A stretch of 60,039 nt of DNA, filler included, from an uncultured virus (IMG/VR IMGVR_UViG_2502082094_000001) (8 parts of one record of this genome joined end to end with filler, not necessarily neighbours in it), one strand, 5' to 3'. Counted from the whole stretch's first letter, positions 22,053 to 33,707 are shown. The notes: a model not told the origin generated them from the letters alone. Numbers and translations: made by a program.

Positions 22053-23281
22053 TGCAGGTAATACTAAGTGCCTCCTCGAAAGGAGGAGTCGGAAAATCTG
22101 AAATAGCAAAGCTCACCGCGTATCAATTGTCTAGAGACGGTCACGATGTAGCAATGATGGATGCTGACATTGACTCATCTAACCTGTCGTCAAGAATGGG
22201 AGTAAGCGACAGGGTTGAGCATACAGATGATGATCTGATACAACCTGTAACTAAAGACGGTATAAAGGTATATTCGATGGAGTCTGCGTTCCAAGACTCT
22301 TCGTTCTCTCAAAGTGGGGACTTTATGAGGGTAGTAATCAGGAACATGGTAAGCGGTGCTGCTTGGGACGACCCTGATTACTTAGTTGTAGACTGTCCAC
22401 CAGGTACTAAGGATATATTTGATGAGTTAGTGAAGGTGTTAAGAGAAGACATACTCGGAGCCATAGTCATAGGTCAGTCAGACACAGTAGACGACGTAGG
22501 CCGTATGACAAAAGTATGTAACCACAACTATGTGCCTATAGTCGGGTATATAGAGAACATGTCTGGAATATGGGCCGAGGGGGAGTTGCTTATGGGTCCT
22601 AAATCTGGTAATCCAGTTGCTCCATTTGGTCAGGGGAGAGTTGAAGCATTAGCCAAAGAGATTGGAGGCAGATACTTGGGTCCAATTCCGCTGTGCGACG
22701 ACCACTCAGAAATTGAGAGTGCCGCAGCTAACACTATAAAATCCATCGCCATCGCCGTGGGTGATGCTGAACAGGCTCCAATACCTGACTTGAAAGAAGG
22801 AGATAAGGGGTTCATCCGAAATGTGCTAAACGCGCTAAAAGCCACAGTCAAGACTGTTAATAGTGAGCTTGATGTTAAGGGGATACAGAAAAGATTCGGT
22901 AATCCAGATAACCCTAAGGTAATTTGTTTAGAGCTTACCGATGCCAGCGGATCTTGGATGTTGCCTAGCAAGGTCCACTTGAAAGTAGAAGGCGGGTTGA
23001 AGATTCTACGTAACCCAGATGAAGTGTATGGAGGTATAAAGATATCAAGCCAAGAGCTTAAGTTTGCTTTAGAAGGTGAGCGCATGACTATGGATAGCCC
23101 AACTGCCCTATACCAAGACGATGCAATAAGCAGTACTAAGTATGGCTTGGTGGATGCTGTACAGATGGGTAAGGCTAGCGTCTATGGCGATGACGTGATA
23201 AATTACCTGTCGCTACTTGATAAGATATTCAATGAGGTTATAGACCAAAGTAAGATCCAGCAAGCAGTAAAAAACTCGTAG
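22052..23281 (+). CDS. ParA/MinD/Mrp-family ATPase with C-terminal extension
   Basis: SKGGVGKS deviant Walker A, DADID, DYLVVDCPPGT, IENMS. Confidence 0.85.
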   Translation: MQVILSASSKGGVGKSEIAKLTAYQLSRDGHDVAMMDADIDSSNLSSRMGVSDRVEHTDDDLIQPVTKDGIKVYSMESAFQDSSFSQSGDFMRVVIRNMVSGAAWDDPDYLVVDCPPGTKDIFDELVKVLREDILGAIVIGQSDTVDDVGRMTKVCNHNYVPIVGYIENMSGIWAEGELLMGPKSGNPVAPFGQGRVEALAKEIGGRYLGPIPLCDDHSEIESAAANTIKSIAIAVGDAEQAPIPDLKEGDKGFIRNVLNALKATVKTVNSELDVKGIQKRFGNPDNPKVICLELTDASGSWMLPSKVHLKVEGGLKILRNPDEVYGGIKISSQELKFALEGERMTMDSPTALYQDDAISSTKYGLVDAVQMGKASVYGDDVINYLSLLDKIFNEVIDQSKIQQAVKNS

Positions 23282-23551
23282 TCACATGAGCATATCAAGT
23301 GGGTTTGCTTCACCTTCTTGGAGTTGTGCGAGCATTTTGAGACCTTCTCCTGGTTGCCACCCTTCGATAGTGTCTTGAGTTTTATTACCTGCTACGTCGT
23401 TAGCGTATTGAGCTACGAACATCTTTATGAAATCTTCATCTTCTAGTCCTTCTCTGAATTTCACAAGATCATCTTTTTTCATTTGGCTCCACTCAATGTC
23501 TGTCCTTAATCTGTCGTTTATCTGATTCTCTAGCTCTGATTTAGTCGGCAT
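23282..23551 (-). CDS. Hypothetical protein (likely start MPTKSEL)
   Basis: Acidic ORF with a TTTATAA box upstream. Confidence 0.6.
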   Translation of the reverse strand: MPTKSELENQINDRLRTDIEWSQMKKDDLVKFREGLEDEDFIKMFVAQYANDVAGNKTQDTIEGWQPGEGLKMLAQLQEGEANPLDMLM

Positions 23552-23743
23552 ACTGTAGTGACAATTAGTATTTCGAGCTTTATAAACGTTGCTCTGAGCG
23601 TACACTACAAGATAGAATACAGTTTGAGCCCAAAGTTTATACACCAATCCCACCAAACACTAATACGAACAACGTAGAATGCTCAATAATAACGAGCTAC
23701 TAGAAAAAGCAACTATCGAAAAACAAAAAGCAGGTAAGTAATA

Positions 23744-24124
23744 ATGAGAAACATTTTGTCAGGAGACGGGATATACAGTGGTGAGATGATGAGTCAGGTA
23801 CAGGATAACATCAGGTTCAGGGTACAAAGTGCCAGAGAAATGCTTACGGGGATCAGGGACGATAGCGCAATGAGCCCGCTTCAGAGGAGAAGAGAAATAA
23901 GAAATAGACGAATGTCTCTCGTAGGCATGGGTAGTGCTAGCATGGATGGTAACGGAGGAGACTCTGGTAGCTCCGGTTCTAGCTCTAACAGGATCTCCCA
24001 ATCAAGTACCTCCCACGGTGCGAGCATGTCTGATACTGTTTCAGACGATGTTCCTTCAATGAGTGAAGTAGGTAGCACAACAAAGACTAGGGCTCGTAAT
24101 ATGGGCTATAGTAGTTCTGACTAG
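23744..24124 (+). CDS. Ser/Arg/Met-rich small protein, possibly nucleic-acid-binding
   Basis: LQRRREIRNRR basic patch and Ser-rich tail. Confidence 0.6.
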   Translation: MRNILSGDGIYSGEMMSQVQDNIRFRVQSAREMLTGIRDDSAMSPLQRRREIRNRRMSLVGMGSASMDGNGGDSGSSGSSSNRISQSSTSHGASMSDTVSDDVPSMSEVGSTTKTRARNMGYSSSD

Positions 24125-24126
24125 GT

Positions 24127-24441
24127 TTACAAGCCTATAGAATTCTTGAACCTGATCTCTGGTTCTCCAGACTCGTCCATAACAGCTGTTATTATGGTAT
24201 TTAAGACTTCACCTATGTCTTTATCATTCTTCTCTGCGTATGCTTTTGCTAGCTCGTACCATTCAAGCTGATCTCCCTCGTCGTCAAACATCATATTATA
24301 CAAGTCTGTTCTATTACCATCTTCATCTATTGTAGCTTTTATAGCGTTATTGTATACTTTATTTGGGCTACCGTTTCTGTCTATCATGTATAGTTGTACT
24401 CTTCTGTGTACATCGCTATGAATAGACGGTCTGTAAGTCAT
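24127..24441 (-). CDS. Putative DNA-binding protein (RHH-like)
   Basis: YRPSIHSDVHRRVQLY start and a second similar repeat. Confidence 0.5.
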   Translation of the reverse strand: MTYRPSIHSDVHRRVQLYMIDRNGSPNKVYNNAIKATIDEDGNRTDLYNMMFDDEGDQLEWYELAKAYAEKNDKDIGEVLNTIITAVMDESGEPEIRFKNSIGL

Positions 24442-24523
24442 AGGTACAATTGTACAGTTGTACATGTGGGTACAAAACCTTTATGTTACGTACCCTCGTA
24501 TGCTCATTTGGAGTTGACACAGT

Positions 24524-25379
24524 AATGTCGCTTGACATACTTGGTAATCCCTTTGCTTCCCGAGCGTCGGTAAGTATTGAGGAGAGCCAGATAAGAAATG
24601 CCGCACCATCGCTTCCTGATACCAAAGCCCAAGACCTCATTAGAGCTGCAGACAGTGAGGAATGGGACAGACAGGAAGGCGTAAATGAGAAGTTCATCCT
24701 CGACAAGAAGCTTACATCCATTGCGAGTCAAGTTTCTGCTGAGTTTGGCCCATTCGCTCTAGACATGTATGAGGCCAGCCAGGACATCGTTTCTGCTGGT
24801 GTTCTTCGGTTGATCAACGAGGGAGACCGAACCGGCTCCTTCCGTGGGCAGAACGCTCGTGGAGGTAGCCAATGGGACGCAGAGCAGCTCAGTGTAGATG
24901 CTCTTAACCCTGATGCTACCACTACTCCTTCCCAGTACAGAACATACAGCACGGGAGGGGCTGGTAGCTTCAACATTGCTCCCGCAGTCAATCAGGCTGG
25001 TGACACTGAAGTAAGAGATCCGGCAAGTGATACGGGTAGCAATGTAGGATCAGAAGGTGACGGTTCCCACAGTCTGAACGACGATACTCAGGCTGCCTTC
25101 ATCCTAGGTTACTACACTAGCACGAGTCCAAGAACTGTAGAGCGAGCCAAGCTAGAAGTAGATGATGGCCAAGATCGTACTCCGTTCGATGTGTACGGCC
25201 ACCAGAACTTCGGCACGCTCCAGGTCCAGGAGGCTCCATCTGTGGAGTACATCACTGACGATGACTCCTTCGACCTTAACGGGAGTGCTACCCAAGATGC
25301 CAATACGGACTTCTTCCCATTCGGAGTTAATGTAGACACCGCAGCTAGACTCCCGAGCCTCGACACCTTCCAGTCGTAG
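24524..25379 (+). CDS. Candidate major structural (capsid) protein
   Basis: Starts MSLDILG; marked C-ending codon bias (TTC, AAC, GAC) suggesting high expression; beta-rich C-terminal half; own TATA box. Confidence 0.45.
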
Positions 25380-25593
25380 ATCTGGTAGTCCGGGCTCAGG
25401 AGTATAAGTGTTCAATCTTTTTTACGTAAAATACATAATCGTCTTAGTTGGTTCTGTACTATTATGCCAAGAGCTTATATGCTTGTGGAAAAACGTTTTA
25501 TACGTAGCGACCAAACATGCTGACGAAGATACAATGTCATTGGAGATTGAATTGACAAACAGACCAAACAGAAAACAATACAATAGATAATAC

Positions 25594-26592
25594 ATGGTAG
25601 ACATGGATAGCGGAAGGTTCAGGGAAAACCTCGCAAGAGGAGGCAATTTCCTTGTACTCACGTTCACTAAGTCAAAAACTCAGATATCTGGCATTGAAGG
25701 AAGAACCAATGTCAGAATCAAGTCCAGAGAACACTGGTTTTTCAAGGTAGAGGCAGCTAGAGAGCTTAAAAGAAGGCCATATAACGCAGGTTTAGCAGTA
25801 GCTGCGTTTAAGTCTGAGGCCGAAGGTGTAGAAGACCCATACCTTGAGCCCGAAGAAGGTATATCAGCTGTCCCGCTTGTAGACCGTAACGGCAATGATA
25901 TTCTAAGAAACGACGATGATCACTGGTTCGTCTACCATCTTGGAGTATCCCCACTTCAAGGAGAAGTAAGGGTATATCCGCAGATTCCTGACTCCCAGCC
26001 TGGAGGAGTGTTCCAGTACTTAGGCAGTAACAGACCTAACGCAATTGCAGGAGATCCCGTAGGATATATCAGCGGAGATGATCACCCGAGTTGGTATGAC
26101 CCAGAAACCGGCTTCTCCACTACTTTGGCTTGGGATACTGGGGTGAATACAGATATTAGATACCAATTCTACAACGAGCATAAGACTAGAAGAACTATTC
26201 CAAAGCTTAACATCTTTGGGGCTGGGTACGTACTGTCCCCTATTCTAGATAAAAACGTACAGAGAAACCTCCTACACGGAGTTACTCAGAACGATCCAGC
26301 AATTGCCCACGTTGAATACGGGCCTATTAGGGAGACATTCAGTTATGAGCTTCCAGATGAATGGGACAGTACTGGTAATTACATCGAGGAGACCTCTCCA
26401 AGTATACCCCCAGAGTACAAAGTACCTGCAGGTAGACCAAACTCACTCCCAAGTTTCAACCAGGATCTAGGCGGCTCCGTGGGGGATTCTGAAGAATCAG
26501 TACTGTCTGGGATAAACACAGAAGATATGTCGGACAGGCAAATAGGGAGAGCAGTAAGACAAAACATGGAGGCTAACAATGGCGGATACTGA
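25594..26592 (+). CDS. Putative structural protein
   Basis: 332-aa beta/Pro/Gly-rich ORF following the capsid candidate. Confidence 0.55.
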   Translation: MVDMDSGRFRENLARGGNFLVLTFTKSKTQISGIEGRTNVRIKSREHWFFKVEAARELKRRPYNAGLAVAAFKSEAEGVEDPYLEPEEGISAVPLVDRNGNDILRNDDDHWFVYHLGVSPLQGEVRVYPQIPDSQPGGVFQYLGSNRPNAIAGDPVGYISGDDHPSWYDPETGFSTTLAWDTGVNTDIRYQFYNEHKTRRTIPKLNIFGAGYVLSPILDKNVQRNLLHGVTQNDPAIAHVEYGPIRETFSYELPDEWDSTGNYIEETSPSIPPEYKVPAGRPNSLPSFNQDLGGSVGDSEESVLSGINTEDMSDRQIGRAVRQNMEANNGGY

Positions 26593-26956
26593 TAAAAGAG
26601 AACAATACCAGACCAGGTATCTACCGGCTACAGTAGACAGTAGTAATGATGGAAGCGGTACTCCAGAAGAAGTACTATCTACTGTTATGGAAGATGAGGG
26701 GCTACTTACCACCATCAGGATCTTTGCCACGGAAGAGCAAAGCTACAGAATCGAAGAGGTCCTACTAAACAACGATGGAACTGAAGATACAGCTAACCAG
26801 AAGATAGAACTTCATGGCTCTAGCCAGTACGTGTTTGGTGACTTCGAGAACCCAGCTGCTGAGTTCGGAGGCCAAACCAAGATCAGCGTAAAGCTTACAA
26901 GCAACGCTTCAGGCCAAGCTGGAGTTAACATAAGAGTAGACGAGAGAGTAGGGTAG
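26579..26956 (+). CDS. Putative small beta-sandwich structural protein
   Basis: Coupled ORF with a beta-strand pattern. Confidence 0.55.
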   Translation: MADTDKREQYQTRYLPATVDSSNDGSGTPEEVLSTVMEDEGLLTTIRIFATEEQSYRIEEVLLNNDGTEDTANQKIELHGSSQYVFGDFENPAAEFGGQTKISVKLTSNASGQAGVNIRVDERVG

Positions 26957-26982
26957 TTAATACCATCTGTAATTAAGGAAAA

Positions 26983-27567
26983 ATGGCAAATTTACATACT
27001 ATACTCCCTCTGTTAGAGTCAGATTCATGGCAGTGGGATAAGTCCGAGCTAATTGATGAGAGAGTGCCAGCTGGAAGATCGAAAAGCGTTTTTGACTCAT
27101 CATCTACTCCTGGATTCTTGTACTATGGGTTAGTAATAGTACAAGGAACCAATGGAGAAAAAACAGAACTGGATATACAACTAGATAATTTCCAACTCAG
27201 ACAAACAATTGAAGGAGCATATACTGTTGGATCAACACAAAAAGGAGCTGTCTCTCCAGGAATAGCTAGATACGACACAGAAAATGATATTTACTCTGTT
27301 GTTTATGAGCCATCTCCTCCTTTGGCATACATAAGCAACGCTAAGATAGATGTCGTAGCACCATCTAATGACGACATTAGAGTAGAATCTGACGCACTCA
27401 GACTAGATATAACTGATGTTAATGGATTTAGACGATCATATCAGGAGGCTACAATCAGTCAAATGCTAGATGGGCTTAGCCAAGTGGAAAGACAGTTTGA
27501 ACAGATGAACAATAACATAGAAGATCTAGTAGAAGAAATACGCAACCTGAGGAGAAATAGAGTATGA
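26983..27567 (+). CDS. Putative structural protein with C-terminal coiled coil
   Basis: Beta-rich N-terminal part and heptad-rich C-terminus. Confidence 0.55.
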   Translation: MANLHTILPLLESDSWQWDKSELIDERVPAGRSKSVFDSSSTPGFLYYGLVIVQGTNGEKTELDIQLDNFQLRQTIEGAYTVGSTQKGAVSPGIARYDTENDIYSVVYEPSPPLAYISNAKIDVVAPSNDDIRVESDALRLDITDVNGFRRSYQEATISQMLDGLSQVERQFEQMNNNIEDLVEEIRNLRRNRV

Positions 27568-28046
27568 GTGAAAGGTTCCAAAAGGACGTAAACTTTCTTA
27601 ACGGAATAGACTATACTGAGCTCAAGAAGTTTGGGAGATTCTCCACACTAACTTTAAAAACCAATGAAGTAGCATCTAATGATACTGTTGAGTTTCCTGC
27701 TGATTCTGGTGAGGCAATTGTCTCATCGGTCGATATACTTCCAGAAGGAGAAGTAAAACCTAAAACGGCTAGAGTGCTAGCGCTTACTTTAAATATATCT
27801 TCAGGGTCTACTGATTCCTCTGTATCTATGTTTCAGTCGTCAGGCTTTGAGGAAATAAACAGAGTAGCGTCTGTTACTGCCTTGAGCCAAGGCGGGACTC
27901 CAAGTACGTTCAACCTTGGAGGCGGTCTAGGCAATCCATTCACCAATAAGCAGGGTGAGAATGAAGTATACTTCAAGATTGAGGAAAACTCTGGCAATCC
28001 TTCTACATACGAGATAGAGCTAAACTGGGCAAATATTCCTAGATAA
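27564..28046 (+). CDS. Putative structural protein
   Basis: Coupled ORF, beta-rich. Confidence 0.55.
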   Translation: MSERFQKDVNFLNGIDYTELKKFGRFSTLTLKTNEVASNDTVEFPADSGEAIVSSVDILPEGEVKPKTARVLALTLNISSGSTDSSVSMFQSSGFEEINRVASVTALSQGGTPSTFNLGGGLGNPFTNKQGENEVYFKIEENSGNPSTYEIELNWANIPR

Positions 28047-28111
28047 GTGCGGGCTTTGCTTCGGGGTTTTTACGTCTTGAGAACATATGTAAAGTTGATT
28101 GACATAGGAAC

Positions 28112-28447
28112 ATGAACCCTCCAATCTTACCTCCTATAATAGTAGAGGTAGTAGCAACATTATCAGGAGTAATTGTGAGTATTGGAGTACCACTAATACT
28201 TTCTAAGTTGAATAAAATAGATAAACTGCACACTACAGTATTTGGACTACGCGAAGTTTCGACAGTTGGCGGATTAGTTGATGACGTGAACGATATAGAT
28301 TCAGAGATATCAGAGATAGAGGAAACGGCTCAAGAAATGGATGATAGAGTAGTAGACTTAGAGGATGATATAGAAGATTTAAAACAAAGACAGGAGAAAA
28401 TATTAGAAAAGCTCAGAGAAATGTCTAGTAGCAGTTCAAAAGATTGA
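28112..28447 (+). CDS. Single-TM coiled-coil membrane protein
   Basis: N-terminal hydrophobic helix followed by acidic heptads. Confidence 0.65.
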   Translation: MNPPILPPIIVEVVATLSGVIVSIGVPLILSKLNKIDKLHTTVFGLREVSTVGGLVDDVNDIDSEISEIEETAQEMDDRVVDLEDDIEDLKQRQEKILEKLREMSSSSSKD

Positions 28448-28505
28448 AAGGTGTGAATGTGTAATGTAACTCCCACATGTCGCGGTGTTGTGTTCCATCA
28501 CTAGG

Positions 28506-28736
28506 CTATAGTTGGCTGTCCAACATGCTCATTAGCTTATTTCTGGAAATATCTTCAATGACTCTCGGCTTTTCTTCTGTGCCTTTATATACCGTAACGT
28601 TGAATCTGCCATTACTACGTACTTCTATGTCCACTTCTCCCTTGATTTCTGGGTCATGCCGCACTAAATGATTGGTATTTTGTTTTTTCATATCCCGAGC
28701 ATGGTCCAAAGCAGCCTCCTTCGTTAGGTCTGGCAT
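28506..28736 (-). CDS. Hypothetical protein
   Basis: Starts immediately after the polB stop codon. Confidence 0.65.
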   Translation of the reverse strand: MPDLTKEAALDHARDMKKQNTNHLVRHDPEIKGEVDIEVRSNGRFNVTVYKGTEEKPRVIEDISRNKLMSMLDSQL

Positions 28737-31431
28737 TTAGTCTGATATCTCCATGTAATCGTCTAATCTCATAGGTCCATCGTCATCATCTGAAGCATCA
28801 ATTTCTACTGTTTCGTTAACCTCACCATCTGAGTCCCAGTTTCGTAACATGTTTTGTGCTTTGGACAGTTTCTTTCTAGCCTCGTGCTCTTCTCGCTCCC
28901 AAGTTTCGTCAAACTCTTGTTGTTCTTTCTTATCTGTACTCCCACCTCCGTCCGTGGGGTCTTCTGATTCATCTATTGCTGTTACAGTTTGAGAGTCTCC
29001 ACCATCATTCTTGAACGCATATTCTTCTAAGCGTGGCTGTCTATTTCCAGACTCGATTTCACTCCACGTCCAGTCTGTGCCTGCTAGTATGCGTTCAGTC
29101 GGTGACTTTATTTGAGTGTTAATGTATTTAGTCCAATCCCAGTCTATTACATCTGGTATGTCTTTCCAATTCATCCAGCAACACGGCTGAGTCTTAGACC
29201 TGTCTCGATCTGGCATGGGGTATTCTGCTGTACCGTCGTCTCCGGGGAGTATACGATTAACGTATGCCATTTTAGGCTTGTCTCCCGGTTGTATACCAGC
29301 ATCAAAGTGTTTGTTTGAATATCTGCTACCCTTAACTGCGGTAGTATCAGTTTCATACTGGTCGAAGTTTTTGGTTACGCTTGCGGGTATACCAAAGTCG
29401 TCAGGGTCAAACTCCAAGTTTTTAAGCTTCTCGATTGTATTACTAAGGTCTTCATGTACGTCTTGTAGATCTCCGTCACGCAGTATGTGATTAAACAACC
29501 GCTCCATAAATTCCTTCGCCACCTTTGAATAGTCTGAGCGTTTGTACTCAAAGCCTACAATATCCAGATCATCTTTTACTTTGCCCTCTTTCCACCCTAT
29601 CTGACCGGCGTACCGTTTCTTTTTGCCTGCTTGGAAGAAGCTTTCGTATAGCTTTTCAAACTCGATTTGGAAGAAATGCTCATCAGCATTTAGCTCTCGC
29701 AAGGCGAACTCATCATACCTGTTGTTTATTCTGCGCTCCATCTCGAAGCCAATGACTAGAACAGCAAACCATTTATTGAACTCCGAGTCTGACATTTCAC
29801 CTCGTTTGTCTTCTACTCTGGACCTAAACTCATGAACGCTGTCAACTCCATGCTCATCAAGCACATGGTTTACTTTCTGCTGATCTTGTATTATGCTTTG
29901 GTCTATCTCGTCTACCTGTATCATTACAGAGTCTGTATCGCCGTATACAGATTGATAGCCCATGTCTTCTACAACCTCTTCAGTAAATTTTATGACTTCA
30001 CGGCCTACAGCCGTTACAGCAGCTCCGACTTCTCGATCTTGCAGACGGAAGCGGTCCCAGCCCATTACTCCGTATAGAGTATTCATAACGACCTTCACCG
30101 CAGTTTGTTTGCGGTCGTAGATTGCGTATTGCTCTGAGTCAGGTGGGTATTGATCTCGTAGATCTTTGTACTGTTGCCGCTCCTCAAGCATTTCGTCAAT
30201 AATTTCTACGACTACTGCGTCCTCGTCGTTATTAAAGCTAATCCCGTTTGGAGCAACAAGTTCACCATCTGGGTCCTTTGTCTCAGGACCAGCATTGATG
30301 GTCTTCATTGACATGGGATATAGAGACTTAAGGTCCAGTACTACAACGTCGTCCTTTACGCCTGTGATTGGGTCAAATACTTTCGCGCCTTCAAACTCTT
30401 CAGTTTCTACGTTTCCAGCACTAGGTACTGCCCACGTACCATTGACTGCGCGGAGTACCTTAATATCAACGGCCTTGCTAGCGTCAACAACTTCTGCTAG
30501 TCTGCCACCGACATAGTTTGCTATCTCCTCATAAAACTTGATTATGTCTTGTTTTTCTTCGAGTTCTACAGTGAGTTTAACATCCTTGAAGTTGTAATCC
30601 ACAAGCTTTTGTGGGTCTTCTTTCCAAAGCACATGTAGATCTCGANNNNNNNNNNNNNNNNNNNNNNNNNNNNNNNNNNNNNNNNNNNNTTAATTAATTA
30701 ANNNNNNNNNNNNNNNNNNNNNNNNNNNNNNNNNNNNNNNNNNNNATTGCGTCAAAATCTCGTTTAATCACGTAATTCGCAAACGAACGAAGCATTCTGG
30801 CTTCGTCGGTGAACACCTTTACTTCTGCTGTCTCATGGTGTACATCTGGAAGCTCCGGGTGGTATAGCCAGACTATATAATCTTCTTTGTAGTTATCGTA
30901 TGCTGTTATAGCTGTTACTTCACGTTGTGCTTTCTCTTGGTCTGGGAAGCCTTCTGAGTCATCAACCTCAATGTCAGCGAAGCACACACGGCTACGCGCA
31001 CTGAAATCAGAGTGTTCTATATTGTCGAATTTAATTTCTGTAGGCTCAGGGGTAGCATGTTGCTCTGGTATTCTTATAGCCCCTTCTATTCCGTTATCTA
31101 TCATTACTCGGTTGGGCCAGAGTATGTCTGCTTCGTGGTGAGTGTACCCACTCCTAACCTTAGGCACATCGGCAGGTATTCTAGTAACCACTTTTACCAT
31201 GTGGTCGCCCTGTATATTTTCGTAACCCTTCTCACATCTAACCACTATGTCCTGGTTCTTTATATCAGAGTTAAACTCCTCAAACGGAACATAGAAGTAA
31301 GGCTGTTCTTCGGTGTTTGTGAGGTGTACTCTAGTACCTCCGGCTGTTCTGCCAAGCAAGTGTATTACTCCGTTTGGTCCATTCTCATACTCAACAGTGT
31401 AATCTCTCTTTTTAAGATCTACATCAATCAT
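28737..31431 (-). CDS. polB: Family B DNA polymerase (interrupted by assembly spacer 30646-30745)
   Basis: ExoI FADIEV; DLKSLYPMSM; KVVMNTLYG; YGDTDS; KKRYAG; PIP-like QPRLEEY and an acidic tail. Confidence 0.95.
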
Positions 31432-32366
31432 TCAGACTTACCCAACTTTCTACTTATTGAGCAACTAATTGAGTTTATGAACCTTTCACTGAATTCTTCT
31501 GAGAGTATTACTTGGTATTCTATATTAGATGTCTCTTCTCTGAAAAACTCATGTATTGAAAAGTTGTGATAGGATATAGATTTCCGTCTAACTTCACTAA
31601 CAGCGGTAAAATCTAGTAAGTGCTCAGTCAAACACCATACAAATAAGTTTTTAATTGATATAGAGGTACTGGTAAATGAACACTTACCAACACGTTCGTC
31701 GTAGTGACCTTCAGAGTCATATAGACCACTAATTAAGTATATAGCTTCTTCAGTTGTAAGCTCATCGACCCACTCAGTCCAGGTCCCAGACATGTATTTA
31801 TCCATTTCTAGTGTTAACTCTTTACTCACCTTTGTTGCGTAGTACATGTTATCTGTGGTTCCTTCTGTTATTGAACTTCTATCTAAATTAGTAAATTCAC
31901 ATAACCTGTTACAGTACATCTCTTTAAACGATTCATCTGCGGTACTTAATTGTATTTTGTGCTGGCCTTTCTCTGTAATTACAGATCCATCTCCAATTAA
32001 AACCCCTATGACATAAGCCTTGCTAGGACTCATTTCGTCTATACCATCAAAAGTTATTTTAGTACCTCTGCTGTTGTGTTCTATTCCAGCCTTTGTTAGC
32101 CACTCGTTCCACCCGCCATTTCTTTGAAACCAACTGCCTGATGGGCAGTCAAATTCTAAATTGCTTCTCCAGTTATTGTATTCATTTCTGCTAATTCTTT
32201 CGCCTGGAGTTTCAGAGTTACACTGCCTCATAACCTCCAGTACGTCTTCTTCGTCATATTTACCTCCTTTTGTGCTATGATTTTGTTCAGAAGCACCTAT
32301 GTTTAAATTACTTGGATTATATCTCCCGTTACCCTCTTTGTCGTTTCTGAATGAGTCTAGTCCCAT
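31428..32366 (-). CDS. Free-standing LAGLIDADG homing endonuclease with N-terminal endonuclease-associated repeat
   Basis: AYVIGVLIGDGS and LISGLYDSEG motifs; PS...F..NGGWNEWLTKAGI repeat; starts MGLDSF. Confidence 0.8.
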   Translation of the reverse strand: MGLDSFRNDKEGNGRYNPSNLNIGASEQNHSTKGGKYDEEDVLEVMRQCNSETPGERISRNEYNNWRSNLEFDCPSGSWFQRNGGWNEWLTKAGIEHNSRGTKITFDGIDEMSPSKAYVIGVLIGDGSVITEKGQHKIQLSTADESFKEMYCNRLCEFTNLDRSSITEGTTDNMYYATKVSKELTLEMDKYMSGTWTEWVDELTTEEAIYLISGLYDSEGHYDERVGKCSFTSTSISIKNLFVWCLTEHLLDFTAVSEVRRKSISYHNFSIHEFFREETSNIEYQVILSEEFSERFINSISCSISRKLGKSE

Positions 32367-32460
32367 AGTTAAGCCACCTTGTCAGTGAAACGTTTCTACT
32401 CGTATACGTATATGTGTCACATACGTATAAATGTTTGTCCGTATGCTACTACCCGCTGTG

Positions 32461-33009
32461 TTATCTGTTTTCGACATAAGTGCTTGGCATTAGTTCACTT
32501 AGAGTATGATATTTTATTTCCCAGTTCCAAGATGAAACCTGCTCAGGATCTCTACGATAATCTGGGTCTGCTACTGATATGTACTCTATTTCTGCTGGAT
32601 TCCAGTTATAGTGGTCTGATAGACCGCGTATAACCTGAAGACAGTGGCCGCAGACCAGACTGTGGTCGTTTTTAGTTGTTGCTACTACGATCTTTTTCAA
32701 ATTTGAATCGGTCAGTATGGCCTCAGACTGTATATCTGCAACTAGATTGAACATGGCAAGTTGCTCAGCATGGACCTTGTACTCCATGCCTGATATATTT
32801 ATGTTAATGCCTCCATACAGTTCCGTGTGTATATCTGTGTCTGATGCGTAATTAGTCTCAGAGCATCTAAACTCTACTACGGCTATTGCTCCGACACCGT
32901 ATTCCGAATACGTGTCTACTCCGTTACTTGCTAGCTCGGCTGCCATTTGAGCAAGCATATCATCGTGATCATTGATCTCGTATCTTGTGTTAATTCTTCG
33001 GTGAAGCAT
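32461..33009 (-). CDS. cdd: Cytidine deaminase-like protein
   Basis: YSEYGVGA, G.NI, HAEQLA and CGHCLQ zinc motifs. Confidence 0.8.
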   Translation of the reverse strand: MLHRRINTRYEINDHDDMLAQMAAELASNGVDTYSEYGVGAIAVVEFRCSETNYASDTDIHTELYGGININISGMEYKVHAEQLAMFNLVADIQSEAILTDSNLKKIVVATTKNDHSLVCGHCLQVIRGLSDHYNWNPAEIEYISVADPDYRRDPEQVSSWNWEIKYHTLSELMPSTYVENR

Positions 33010-33116
33010 TGTGTATGAGTGGAGTTATTGTATTCTACGTACAATAATTATGTGTTTTGTGGGTTTAATAGTTTTGGTTACTGTGCTAATGTCCGACTGA
33101 GTGCTCATGTGTTTAA

Positions 33117-33701
33117 TTATATATTCTCGTTGTTATGGCTTCCGTCGTATTGGTTATAGACTGTAGCTTTTGCTAGGACAAAGTGTCCTATTCCCATGTC
33201 TTTTTCAAGGAATGATGGCATACCTACTGTGAGTCCCCCTTCACCTTTTCCATTATATCCAGAATCCCACACGGCGGTTGATAGATCCAAGCCTGTTCTA
33301 ATTACCCTGCTTCTAGGGATTACAAAGCCTATATGATCGTCTGGGACCGAAATAATCTCGTTGTAAGCTACTACGTAAGGACCTGGGTAAAGTTTATAGA
33401 ATGGATTGTCCATTTCTATTACTTCACCATCTTCGTAGTTGTTTGTTTCGTCGTCATCTATTGGGTAAATCTTGTGACCCATCAGATCATCGTCAACTAC
33501 TCGAAGATTACCTGTTTTGAGTGGAGCCTCTGTTCGTGAGCTTTTCTTGTAATTACCGTCTTTCATAACGGCTTTCCCAGACAACTCGTGTAATTTATCT
33601 ACAGTAAGCTCTACTCCATGCGTCTCCACTCTATCTGGGTCTAGTTCGCCTGCGCCTTTTGGCTCTACGTACTGCTGTGTAAATTCTCCTGATTTGAACA
33701 T
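33117..33701 (-). CDS. Trimeric dUTPase / dCTP deaminase-family protein
   Basis: GVELTV, PRSR..R.G, AVWDSGYNG, YDG motifs. Confidence 0.85.
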   Translation of the reverse strand: MFKSGEFTQQYVEPKGAGELDPDRVETHGVELTVDKLHELSGKAVMKDGNYKKSSRTEAPLKTGNLRVVDDDLMGHKIYPIDDDETNNYEDGEVIEMDNPFYKLYPGPYVVAYNEIISVPDDHIGFVIPRSRVIRTGLDLSTAVWDSGYNGKGEGGLTVGMPSFLEKDMGIGHFVLAKATVYNQYDGSHNNENI

Positions 33702-33707
33702 GTTAAC

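Noticed and set aside
28737..32366. Intein in PolB
   Set aside because: The LAGLIDADG gene is a separate ORF and no splicing motifs are visible in the sequenced part of PolB.
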